The notes beneath the pieces are model-generated. The model made no database searches. It was not told the origin of the DNA and saw nothing but the letters and a program-made list of their open reading frames with translations. DNA of 64,000 bases, from positions 595,306 to 659,305 of the forward strand of contig JAMWCF010000001.1 in the NCBI GenBank assembly GCA_023818695.1, read 5' to 3'. Each line of letters opens with the position of its first letter. Positions within the stretch are counted from its first letter, which is position 1. Source of the DNA: Candidatus Omnitrophota bacterium. GTDB taxonomy: Bacteria > Omnitrophota > Gorgyraeia > 1-14-0-20-64-10. A program made the position numbers and the translations under genes. Of the stretch, positions 51,858-60,980 are shown piece after piece.

Positions 51858-54194
51858 TCACTTTTTCAAAAGCTTCTCATACACCGCCATCACCTGAGCG
51901 GCGTTTCGATCCATGGTGAAATCGTTCCTGACCCTGTAATGGGCCTTGTTCACCAGCCCGGCCGAAAAACCAGGACTGCAGATCAAGCGCTTGATCGCCT
52001 CCGCCATTTCCTTGACGTCTCCCGGCTCCACCAGCAGACCTGTCTCCTCGTTGACCACCACATCCTTCACGCCGCCGCCGGAGGTGGCGACCACCGGCTT
52101 TTTGGCCGCCATCGCCTCCAGAATCACCAACCCGAACGGCTCCGGCTGGGTGGAAGCGTGAACCACCAGGTCCGCCGCGGCGTAAACCGGCCAGATATCC
52201 TCCTGCCACGGCACGAAACGGACCTTTCTCTCGATATCCAGCTCCCTCACCAACTCTTTCAGCTTCGCCAGGTACGGCTCACCCGGCTGGGTGTCGTTGC
52301 CGACCACAAGCCCCACCACCGGGAAATGCTCCCGAATCACCTCAGCCAGGGCCCTCAAATAGACCTCCTGCCCTTTCCAGGGAACCAGCCGCCCAATGAT
52401 CGCCACCCCGATGTCTCCCGGCGTCAGCCCCAGCGACTGTCTCTGTTGCGCCCTCTGAACTTCCATCTGGATGAACTGCCCGTCCAGCCGAAGGCCGTTT
52501 TGGATGGCGATGACGTTCTTGCCCGGCAGTTGCTCTCTGTAATAAGCCGCCCCCGCTTCGCTGATGCAGATAAATTCATCCACAAAGCGGACCGCGAAAC
52601 GCTCCATCTTCGTCAGCGGCCTCCACCCGTGGAGGTGGCAGACCGTCTTGCAGCCGACCAAACGGGCCGCCATCAACAGAGGCAGGTGGGACAAAATCTC
52701 GTTGTTTAGGTGCACCAGCTTGAACCGGTTGCGCCTCAACCACCTCGATATCGAAACGACCGTCAGGGCTATCTGAAAAACCCCCGAAATCCCTTCCCTG
52801 TAACGCCATCCGGGCCGGACCGTCAGAGCCACCCCCTGCTCACGGATCTTCTTGATAAACGGCCCTTCCTCCGCCGCCAGCACATGCGGGCTGTACCGCT
52901 GGTGATCCAACTGAAGAAGCAGATCATGCAGATACCGTGCCGACCCCCCGAACCCGGATCCGGACTCGGCGATGAGAATCCTCTTCGGTTTGCCGGTCCC
53001 GCACAGGCCGATGAATCGGTTGGCCATTACCTGCCAGCTGTACCTCATCTCGACCTTCCGCCTTGCCTCCCGGCCAAACTCTTCCCGAATGGCCGGATCC
53101 CTTATCAGGGTCTGCAGGGCCTCCGAGAACCCTTCCGCCCCTTTTTCCGGATAGACCAGCAAACCGTCCACCCCGTGCTGGATGATCTCCGCCGGCCCCC
53201 CCTGCTGGAAAGCGACCACCGGGATCCCGGTGGCCATCGCCTCCAGGATCACCAGACCGAACGGCTCCTTCCAAACAGAGGGGAACGCCAACATGTCGCT
53301 CATCAGGAAATAGTCGGTAATCTCATCCCGGGAGACGTGCCCCACGAACCGGATCCTCTCCTCCCATCCTTTGGCCTGTTCCTTGAGCTTCTCTATATAG
53401 GAAGTGGTCCGGCCGTCGGAGAAGGTGTGGGCCCCCACCAAAACAAGCAGCGGTTGCCGCGGGTCCTTCGGGTCTGGCCTGCCGCCGGCGGCCTTCTTGA
53501 AGGCCTCGAGCAGGTGATGAACCCCCTTCTCCTCCACCAGGCGGCCGACATAAAGAACGACCGGCCTCTCTCCCACCCCGTGCTTCTCCCGCAACTGGAT
53601 CCGGCTCTCCATTCGGCCCCAATAGGGGCTGAAAAGCTCCGGACTGACCCCGTTAGGAAGCGGAACCGTTTTTGCCTTGAGGGCGGGCCTCCTCTCGGTG
53701 ATCACCTGGGCCATGTACCGGCTGCAGCCAGTGATCAGGTCACAGGATTCCGCCGTCTCTCCGTTCCAGACCCTGTCCCCTTTCAAGTTGCTCTCATTGT
53801 GGATGGAAAGGATCAGCTTGGCGTAGGGGGCCGCGTTCTTCAGAACCGGCACGAACTGGACCCGGCTGTGGACCCAGATGACATCCGGGTTCAGCAGGGC
53901 GATCCGTCCGGCGGCCCACGCGGCGTAAGGCCTGTAATAAAGCGGGGACTCGCTCTGCTTGAAAGGCAGTTTCCAACTGGACAGCAGAAGCTTATCCAGC
54001 AGATTGGACTTCCAGCGGTAATAACTCCTGTGCCCTTTTCTCTCATAAGCCGCCAGCCCCTTGCTGGAGATCCCGTAGATATGAACCTCGTGCTCACTCA
54101 AGCGGGCCGAAACCTCTTCAATGACCGTTTCCGTTGCCCCACCTCGGATCGGCGGGACCGGAAAAACTTCAGGCGCAACGATCGCAATTTTCAT
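51858..54194 (-). CDS. Tandem (double) family 4 glycosyltransferase, two GT-B modules in one polypeptide
   Basis: The ATG at 54194 (ATGA overlap) gives 778 aa. Module 1 has MKIAIVAPEVFPVPPIRGG...EPFGLVILEAMATGIPVVAF. Module 2 has RILIAESGSGFGGS...EPFGLVILEAMAAKKPVVAT. Confidence 0.85.
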   Translation of the reverse strand: MKIAIVAPEVFPVPPIRGGATETVIEEVSARLSEHEVHIYGISSKGLAAYERKGHRSYYRWKSNLLDKLLLSSWKLPFKQSESPLYYRPYAAWAAGRIALLNPDVIWVHSRVQFVPVLKNAAPYAKLILSIHNESNLKGDRVWNGETAESCDLITGCSRYMAQVITERRPALKAKTVPLPNGVSPELFSPYWGRMESRIQLREKHGVGERPVVLYVGRLVEEKGVHHLLEAFKKAAGGRPDPKDPRQPLLVLVGAHTFSDGRTTSYIEKLKEQAKGWEERIRFVGHVSRDEITDYFLMSDMLAFPSVWKEPFGLVILEAMATGIPVVAFQQGGPAEIIQHGVDGLLVYPEKGAEGFSEALQTLIRDPAIREEFGREARRKVEMRYSWQVMANRFIGLCGTGKPKRILIAESGSGFGGSARYLHDLLLQLDHQRYSPHVLAAEEGPFIKKIREQGVALTVRPGWRYREGISGVFQIALTVVSISRWLRRNRFKLVHLNNEILSHLPLLMAARLVGCKTVCHLHGWRPLTKMERFAVRFVDEFICISEAGAAYYREQLPGKNVIAIQNGLRLDGQFIQMEVQRAQQRQSLGLTPGDIGVAIIGRLVPWKGQEVYLRALAEVIREHFPVVGLVVGNDTQPGEPYLAKLKELVRELDIERKVRFVPWQEDIWPVYAAADLVVHASTQPEPFGLVILEAMAAKKPVVATSGGGVKDVVVNEETGLLVEPGDVKEMAEAIKRLICSPGFSAGLVNKAHYRVRNDFTMDRNAAQVMAVYEKLLKK

Positions 54195-55150
54195 GAGTTT
54201 CCCATATAGTTGAACGCAAGCTTCCACACACAGCGAAACATTCCGATGTAAGGCCGGGCCAAGCGCGAGGGAGCTGTGAAGCGTTTCCCATCGTATTCTG
54301 GCCACCACAGCAAAATCCCGACAAAAGGAAACATTCGGATGGCGCTCCAGTACTGAGCTGCGGCATCCAGGTACTGCCGCCGTTCCTCATAAGTAAGGGC
54401 CAGATCAAAAAGATCTTGGGCTATCCGCTTGAACTTCAAGAAGCGGGAGACCCCCGTCTGCTTACCGGTTTTGATCTTGGAAAAGATCGTCAGGTGTTCT
54501 TCCAACCGCCGGACTTTATCGGCCGATAAATTCTGCTTCGGCTCCGGATAGCGGTAAATAGCGAGCACTTCCCACAAGCCGTCAAAGGGATATTTCTCGG
54601 CGAGCCGCAGCCACATATCCAAATCGGCGCAAATGCGCAGTTTCGTATTGAATTTTCCGATTTTTTCGAGGCAGGAGCGCCGCATCATAACCGTCAGCGT
54701 TGGGATATAATTCCCTGTGAAGATTTCTGCCATCGTGTGGGCGCGGTGCTTGTACGGAAAAACTTCCACTTCCTTGCCATTGCGTTCGATGCTCATCCGA
54801 CCATAGACAAACCCGAGGGCAGGATTCTTCTCCATCATCTCAACCTGGCGAACCAATTTCCCCGGCAACCAGCGGTCATCGTCGTCCAGTATGCAAACAA
54901 ATTCCCCCTTGGCGTTTTCGAGCCCGACGTTCATCGCGGAGGCAACCCCTCCGTTTCCTTTCCGAAAACCCCGGATCCTCGGATCTTTTCTCTGGTACTC
55001 CTCGATCACCTGCCAGGTTTCGTCGGGCGAGCCGTCGTCAACGATGACGTGCTCCCAGTCGGTAAAGGTCTGTGCGAGGACAGACTCGATCGCCCGCCTC
55101 AAGAGGTCGGCCCGGTTGTAGGTGGCCGTAACGACAGTGACCTTCGGCAT
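54191..55150 (-). CDS. Family 2 glycosyltransferase
   Basis: VTVVTATYNRADLL, VIVDDGSPD and ILDDDD blocks. Confidence 0.88.
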   Translation of the reverse strand: MPKVTVVTATYNRADLLRRAIESVLAQTFTDWEHVIVDDGSPDETWQVIEEYQRKDPRIRGFRKGNGGVASAMNVGLENAKGEFVCILDDDDRWLPGKLVRQVEMMEKNPALGFVYGRMSIERNGKEVEVFPYKHRAHTMAEIFTGNYIPTLTVMMRRSCLEKIGKFNTKLRICADLDMWLRLAEKYPFDGLWEVLAIYRYPEPKQNLSADKVRRLEEHLTIFSKIKTGKQTGVSRFLKFKRIAQDLFDLALTYEERRQYLDAAAQYWSAIRMFPFVGILLWWPEYDGKRFTAPSRLARPYIGMFRCVWKLAFNYMGNS

Positions 55151-56097
55151 CAGGAAACCTTCCCCGCGCGGGAAATCGCTTCGACCGGCTTACGCCGGAG
55201 CCAATCCCCAAAACAACCGGCGATCATTCCCCGGTAAAAATGCCTTTGCAGCCAATAATAAAGGGCTTCCTGCTTCTTTCCAGCCATCCAGCTCTTGGCC
55301 GCCTTCCCCGAGAGATCGAACCATTCCCGAACGGTCCATAACGGCACTCGGAAAACGACCTTCCCTTTACGCTCTCTCCGCAGTCCCTCGGCGCAAGAAT
55401 AGCCATGCCTGAAAAACCTTCCGGCTATACCCGCTGGAGTAATTTTGGCGGCGTCGATCTTATGCAAAACGGCCGCGCGCGGCTGGTAAACAAGCTTGCA
55501 TCCTTTCCGAAACAATCTCCGAAACCAATCGGCGTCCTCTGCACATCCCGGTGTGGTGGAGTATTCCCCATATCGAAGAAACAGCTCTTTCTTATATGCA
55601 CAATTCGAACCAACGAACGTCGTCAAAATGTCGGACACAACAAGCGGCTTGTCGCCGTAGTTAACCATGCCCAGCTGGCGAAGCAGGCTGTCGTGGAGCC
55701 ACTCCGGTCTCCGACTCAACCAATAAGGCCGCGTCGGACCACCAACTCCATCGGCCTGATACTGCTCAAAGGTAACAAACAGTGTATGCAACCAATTCTC
55801 CGGAATAAGAACGTCGTCATCGAGGAAAACGGTAATTTCCCCGACCGCTATTTTCAAAGCGCTGTTCAAAGCGTGCGCCTTACCTTGCAGGGACTCAAAA
55901 AGATATTTCAGAGGGACCGGATACCCCACTCTGGTTTCCTCGACAATCTTCCTGGTCGAGTCGGATGAGCTATTGTCTGAAACAACAACCTCATACTCGA
56001 ATCGCCCACCTGTCTTCTGGAGGGCAAGACCCGTGAGAACCTCTTTAAGGCTTTCAGCTCGATTACGGGTCGCTATGATAACGCTTATGCTTGGCAT
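55150..56097 (-). CDS. Family 2 glycosyltransferase
   Basis: ISVIIATRNRAESL, VVVSDNSSSD and FLDDDV blocks. Confidence 0.88.
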   Translation of the reverse strand: MPSISVIIATRNRAESLKEVLTGLALQKTGGRFEYEVVVSDNSSSDSTRKIVEETRVGYPVPLKYLFESLQGKAHALNSALKIAVGEITVFLDDDVLIPENWLHTLFVTFEQYQADGVGGPTRPYWLSRRPEWLHDSLLRQLGMVNYGDKPLVVSDILTTFVGSNCAYKKELFLRYGEYSTTPGCAEDADWFRRLFRKGCKLVYQPRAAVLHKIDAAKITPAGIAGRFFRHGYSCAEGLRRERKGKVVFRVPLWTVREWFDLSGKAAKSWMAGKKQEALYYWLQRHFYRGMIAGCFGDWLRRKPVEAISRAGKVS

Positions 56098-57014
56098 CTG
56101 ACCTGAACCGTTCCTGAGATGAGGCCCAGCTGGCCCCAGAATTGGAATTCCGATTGGATCGCTCTTACGCGGTGACCTACAAGATAGAAAACAACAGCAC
56201 CGATTCCATTTTTAAGGCATTCAGCAACCAACCAGACGGGAACCCTTTTATGCGCGGAAGGAAACATCATTGGGATCGAGTAACCGCCTTGATAGGTTCT
56301 CTGACGAAGGAATCTCATGGAGACGCGCTCCGACTCCACTTTATGGTAGACGACGGCCCGGGGCGTGTAGACTACTGTGCCCCCCAACTCTATGATGCGC
56401 AGTACTAACTCGGTTTCTTCCCCGAAATACCGCTTCTTGCCCTTCACGCCAAGTTCGGTCCGAAACAGACCAACCCTGGCCAGCGTTGATTTCCGAAAGG
56501 CGATATTCGCCCCGTAGGGGAGACAACCGTTCTTCTTTGTCGCAACAACAAGCTCTGGACCATAATCAAGCATGGAAAGGGCCATCAGAACTCTTTTCAA
56601 AATAGCTGGATCCCGAAAACAATCCGGCAGTGGCACAGACCACAACGGAAGGATTTTACCGCCGACGCATTCAACACGCGGATCAGCGAACGCCTCTGAA
56701 ATCCCCAAAAGCCATTTCGGTTCAGCAACCACGTCATCATCGGTAAATACGATGATATCGCCGCTGGCTTCTTCAATCGCCCGATTCCTGGCGTTGCTGA
56801 GCCCTTGTTTTGGCTCGAAAACATACCGAATAGGAACGGCTGCATTGGTTTTGATGATCTTCTCCACGACAGCGCGGGTGTCGTCGCTGCTGTTGTTGTC
56901 CACGACGATAATCTCGAAATTTTGCCCCGGAGGCACTTCCTGCCCGATCAAAGAGTGAAGCGTGTCGGCGAGACTCCTGCTTCTGTTATAAGTGCTGATC
57001 GCCACGCTTAACAC
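56085..57014 (-). CDS. Family 2 glycosyltransferase
   Basis: LSVAISTYNRSRSL, IIVVDNNSSD and FTDDDV blocks. The probable GTG start at 57014 has GGGAG 6 nt upstream. The track ORF extension to 57161 is Arg-rich. Confidence 0.85.
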   Translation of the reverse strand: MLSVAISTYNRSRSLADTLHSLIGQEVPPGQNFEIIVVDNNSSDDTRAVVEKIIKTNAAVPIRYVFEPKQGLSNARNRAIEEASGDIIVFTDDDVVAEPKWLLGISEAFADPRVECVGGKILPLWSVPLPDCFRDPAILKRVLMALSMLDYGPELVVATKKNGCLPYGANIAFRKSTLARVGLFRTELGVKGKKRYFGEETELVLRIIELGGTVVYTPRAVVYHKVESERVSMRFLRQRTYQGGYSIPMMFPSAHKRVPVWLVAECLKNGIGAVVFYLVGHRVRAIQSEFQFWGQLGLISGTVQVRCQA

Positions 57015-57562
57015 GGGAATCTCCCTTGAACCTCGTTGAGAATTGCTCCCACGTTCTTTTGATATGCTGCAAGCGAACCGCGGCTCTTGACGTATTGACG
57101 GACCTCGATACCCTCCCTTTTTCTGTCGGCAGAATCTTCCGGGATGCTCGACAAGACGCATTCAAATACCTGCACAATTTGTCCTTTCAGCCTGTCCCTT
57201 AAAACGGAGCTGGCGCAAGCGCCAAACCATCCCCTTAATCCGTCATCAAAGTTAATTATGGCAACAAGCGGTGCCCTCACCGAAAACGATTCCCCCAAAA
57301 AAGAGACCGACATCGCCTTATGAATGCTCATATTCGCCAAACTTCCAGCTCCATCCTCGACCCCTTCGGATCCCATATTCAAAAGGCGCAATCCCTCTTG
57401 ATCATCGGCCGAATCATCGTGGAAAAACCGCTCTCCCCAATAATGAGGAACCGGATCTCTTCGCGTCACCGTAGCGGCAGGTGGTAAATCCAACCCTCTC
57501 AAAATCAGCATCATGATCTCCTGCCAATTCTCCCAGATCCGGGAATCCCGGCTCCAGATCAA
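57008..57562 (-). CDS. Hypothetical protein (184 aa), coding status uncertain
   Basis: Open frame with a TTG start in the low-GC patch. I recognise no family. It could be a remnant. Confidence 0.35.
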   Translation of the reverse strand: MIWSRDSRIWENWQEIMMLILRGLDLPPAATVTRRDPVPHYWGERFFHDDSADDQEGLRLLNMGSEGVEDGAGSLANMSIHKAMSVSFLGESFSVRAPLVAIINFDDGLRGWFGACASSVLRDRLKGQIVQVFECVLSSIPEDSADRKREGIEVRQYVKSRGSLAAYQKNVGAILNEVQGRFPC

Positions 57563-57640
57563 GACCGACGAGCGAAAACCAAGAAATTCTGAGAAATCCG
57601 TTGTCCTATATAGGAACGCCGATCATTTTCTATCCAGAAA

Positions 57641-58282
57641 TCAAAAGTTCCTCCGTAATAATCTAAATACTCGGTAAACATCCCCCTTCTTTTCAGAACC
57701 TGTCGTAACCATATCGGGATCCATCGCCCCAAGGACGCGGCGCTTTAAATTCTCTCTGTCGAAGAGAAAACGCATGAGGTGCTGGCCGTACCGAAAGTTC
57801 GGCATAGTAATAACGAGCCACCCCCTTTGAATTGACGAGGTCGGCATGCTTTGCTATTACCTCAGCGCAATTCTCGAAGTGCCCAACAAACCCAAAAGAT
57901 GTAACAACATCAAATTTCTCGATTGGATTTCAAGAAAGAAAATCGGCGTTATACAATTGATAATCTCGCACATCGTTCAGCCTAAAAAGCTCAGGGACGC
58001 GCTTGAGTGATTCGGAAAAACCGATCCATGTACTCGATATCCGAATCGCCTGGAGAAAAAGCAGAGGAACTCTCCTGGCGAACATCCGATTTCGAGGCAA
58101 CGTAGCCCGACCTTATGGGGCAAGTATTTCTCGAACAATTCTTGAAACAAAACTTTTTCTACGATCTTGGCCTTGTATTGTTTCCAGCGGCCATCCCAAT
58201 ACTGCTTTTCGACTCGCATGACTGAAGAAGACGAAGCTCGGGTAAGTTCCACGGCATCTAAAACATTTTTCCATTGCAACAC
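57641..58282 (-). pseudogene. Decayed class I SAM-dependent methyltransferase (two frameshifts and one in-frame TGA)
   Basis: Three fragments in different frames read collinearly. The first is ...LRCLEIGCSPGEFLCFFSRRFGYRVHG. The second is IGFSESLKRVPELF...ADFLS*NPIEKFDVVTSFGFVGHFENCAEVIAKHADLVNSKG. The third is GWLVITMPNFRYGQ... The breaks lie near 58021-58030, at the TGA at 57930-57932 and at the C5 run at 57821-57825. Confidence 0.65.
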
Positions 58283-58303
58283 CTGCTTGACCTTCTTACC
58301 TTA

Positions 58304-59320
58304 TTACCGACGGCTCGGCACGTTCGAAACCCACTCCTGATAGCCAATCTGACGCTTCCGGAAACCCTGGATTGCGGTCTTTGGAGCCCGAAAAAAAGCG
58401 ACGGCTTTCTCACGAAGCCGCCCGACGCAATAGTCCAGCGACAGGGCAACGCGGTTCGGCCAAAGACGCGGGATCAACTCCAGCTGGCTGTTGTAGCGGA
58501 CGAGAAAATCCCCGAACATACCGTGCTCTGTGATATCCATATTCCATTTTTTCTGAAAATACCGGTAACCTTCGTAAACGGACCTCAGGTCCCAGCGCCA
58601 TGAAAAAAATCGGATGTCGTCAACCGTGATCGGAGCCGACTTGTTGTAATAAACGACGGCTTTCGGCTCAAACCACATTTTCAGCCCGGCGCGATCCCAT
58701 ACCAAACCGGAGTCCACCTCTCCTGCTTCGAGGAGATTTTCATCGAACGCGTTCAGCCGTAGCGTCGGCTCGATTTCAACCAACTGGCAGTGCAATTCGC
58801 CGTAATCCACCGGCTGGCGCTTCAGATTGGAGCTGTCGGCAAGTACCTTCCCGTAAAACCGGCAATGCTTGTGGCCGTAGGCCTTGTCTCCCTCATAAGT
58901 CACATAGAGGTCGTTGCCCGCTGTATGGATCCGCTTTTTTGTTTCTAAGACCACGGGCTCTACCATGACGGCACCCGTGTCGCGCTGGCAATCCAGCATC
59001 GCGGCGAGCCAGCCGGCACGGACGAAAACATCGTTATCCATCAAGACCGCCAACTTGGTTTTTGCCTCCCTCATCCCGATATTTCTTGCCTGCGCCTGAT
59101 TGAGGAAATTCGGATTAAAAATAAACCGGGCCTTGCCACCGAAACGTTCAGCCCAGCGTCTTTTTAAATGTTCGGGCGCTCCGCCGATGACCGCAATCAG
59201 GTCGAACGGCTGATCAGTATTGGCGAATATCTCTTCCAAACATCTCTCCGTCGGAGAGAATCTGTCCCGCGCGTTAACGATGATCGTCACCTTTTCCACG
59301 AAGCCGCCCTCCCTGCACAT
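58304..59320 (-). CDS. GT2-like glycosyltransferase, atypical subfamily (paralogue of 60981..62012)
   Basis: VTIIVNARDRF...VLMDNDVFVRAGWL is a GT-A-type DxD context. The C-terminal FFSWRWD...FQKKWN block is shared with the paralogue. Confidence 0.7.
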   Translation of the reverse strand: MCREGGFVEKVTIIVNARDRFSPTERCLEEIFANTDQPFDLIAVIGGAPEHLKRRWAERFGGKARFIFNPNFLNQAQARNIGMREAKTKLAVLMDNDVFVRAGWLAAMLDCQRDTGAVMVEPVVLETKKRIHTAGNDLYVTYEGDKAYGHKHCRFYGKVLADSSNLKRQPVDYGELHCQLVEIEPTLRLNAFDENLLEAGEVDSGLVWDRAGLKMWFEPKAVVYYNKSAPITVDDIRFFSWRWDLRSVYEGYRYFQKKWNMDITEHGMFGDFLVRYNSQLELIPRLWPNRVALSLDYCVGRLREKAVAFFRAPKTAIQGFRKRQIGYQEWVSNVPSRR

Positions 59321-60015
59321 TCGACTGTTCGATCAACCTGCTGCACAACATAAAGATGCTCCGCGTGCAAGAGAAGCCCGTACAAGATGGAGATACTGCC
59401 TAGCATCTCGAAGCCCTCTTCCAGAAAAACCTCCATTTTGAACAAAAACCCCCGGTAAATCTGAAATACACTATGAAGAACCTCCAGACCAAGAGCTGCC
59501 CCAAAAAGAAATACCGATCCAAGGATCAAATACCTTCTGGATTTTGCGGTCCCGTGCAGGCACTGCCGAAAGTTCAAAACCAGCCACACAAATACGATCG
59601 CAAAAATCGGGCCGATCAGGACCGGCCATCCCAAATTGAATGCGGCTGGCAGGAAACCGGCGCTAACGAACCGACTCAAAATGCTGCCTGCCGTCTCATG
59701 AAATCCAGCGGTTTCATCGCAGGATAAAAACAGCAGGCCGAAAGCAGTCATCCGCCACATGTTTTTCTCTTTCCGAACAGACGAAAAACTCGCGCACGCG
59801 TAAGCCGCCGCAGAGGCCAGCGCCAACAAGAATCTCGAGAACCAAGCCGCCACGTTTGCTTCGCCATCCAGATTGAACAGACGGCAGAACTGCCAAACTT
59901 TTTCTTCACCCAACATAGAACTGATGACGAAAAGGAAAGCCAAAACCCCAACGGACGCAAGAAGGCCCGCTACAAAGGACCGCCGGTCAATCTCGATCAG
60001 AAAAGTCTGTCGCAT
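59287..60015 (-). CDS. Polytopic membrane protein of unknown function
   Basis: 242 aa with about 6 hydrophobic segments. I recognise no family. Confidence 0.6.
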   Translation of the reverse strand: MRQTFLIEIDRRSFVAGLLASVGVLAFLFVISSMLGEEKVWQFCRLFNLDGEANVAAWFSRFLLALASAAAYACASFSSVRKEKNMWRMTAFGLLFLSCDETAGFHETAGSILSRFVSAGFLPAAFNLGWPVLIGPIFAIVFVWLVLNFRQCLHGTAKSRRYLILGSVFLFGAALGLEVLHSVFQIYRGFLFKMEVFLEEGFEMLGSISILYGLLLHAEHLYVVQQVDRTVECAGRAASWKR

Positions 60016-60024
60016 CGATTCCTC

Positions 60025-60963
60025 TTATCCAATTGCTCGAAGCGCCGAAACCGTCAATACGGCATACGGTTTCAAAGGCAAAAAGATTCCGGAAAAACCC
60101 TTTACCTTCTCATCCCGAAACTGGGTTCCCAAGCACGCGTCCCGGCTGATCGCCCTGCTGATAAGCCGGAAAGCTTCCTTTGCCTTCCCTCCCTTCAAAG
60201 CCGCTGTGCCGCACAGATACTCGAATTTCGCCAGCTGTCTTTCTGCCGAGCGTGGATCTCTCATCTCCTGCCGGTATTGCTTCAAGATCGACTCATAAAA
60301 ACGGCGATATCCCTCGTAAAGCCGGACCGGTTCGGAGGTGGTGCTGGTCTTATGCCGCCGGTATTCCGCAACCGGCTCATCCAGAAAATCGATCAGGAAC
60401 CTTTTAGCGATTCTCAACCAGAGCTCGTGGTCCTCCACCGCCGGCAAAGTTGGATCAAAAAGGCCGGCTGTCTCAAAACAGCCCTTTCTGACGATGACGG
60501 TTGAGGTCGTAATGCAGTTCGGACCGTTCAGGAGATCCTCAAATGTTCTGGCGATCATCCTGGGCTCAAGCCGTTTTTTGTCAGGCGTTTCAACGTCGTA
60601 GGACCACATCCTGGCATAGAGCAAACCGGTCTCCGGCTTCTGTCGGAGGAACTCCATTTGTCGCTCCAGTTTGTGAGGCAACCAAATGTCATCCGAGTCC
60701 AGGAAAGCGATATACGGCGCAACTGCTTTGAGGATACCTGTATTGCGCGCGGCGGCCACACCCTGGTTTTTCTGACGGATGTAGGTCACCCACGGCAGAT
60801 AAGGCAGGATGACCGCTTCGGTGTCGTCCGTCGAACCGTCGTCTACGACGATCACCTCCAGCGGCTCCCGGAAGGTCTGCCGGCGAACGCTTTCCAGGGC
60901 GTCTCTTAAGAGAGATGCCCTGTTGTAGGCCGGAATAATGATGCTGACGCTGGGAGCGCTCAT
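60025..60963 (-). CDS. Family 2 glycosyltransferase
   Basis: VSIIIPAYNRASLL, VIVVDDGSTD and FLDSDD blocks. Confidence 0.88.
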   Translation of the reverse strand: MSAPSVSIIIPAYNRASLLRDALESVRRQTFREPLEVIVVDDGSTDDTEAVILPYLPWVTYIRQKNQGVAAARNTGILKAVAPYIAFLDSDDIWLPHKLERQMEFLRQKPETGLLYARMWSYDVETPDKKRLEPRMIARTFEDLLNGPNCITTSTVIVRKGCFETAGLFDPTLPAVEDHELWLRIAKRFLIDFLDEPVAEYRRHKTSTTSEPVRLYEGYRRFYESILKQYRQEMRDPRSAERQLAKFEYLCGTAALKGGKAKEAFRLISRAISRDACLGTQFRDEKVKGFSGIFLPLKPYAVLTVSALRAIG

Positions 60964-60980
60964 GGCTTAAAACCCCGCGG

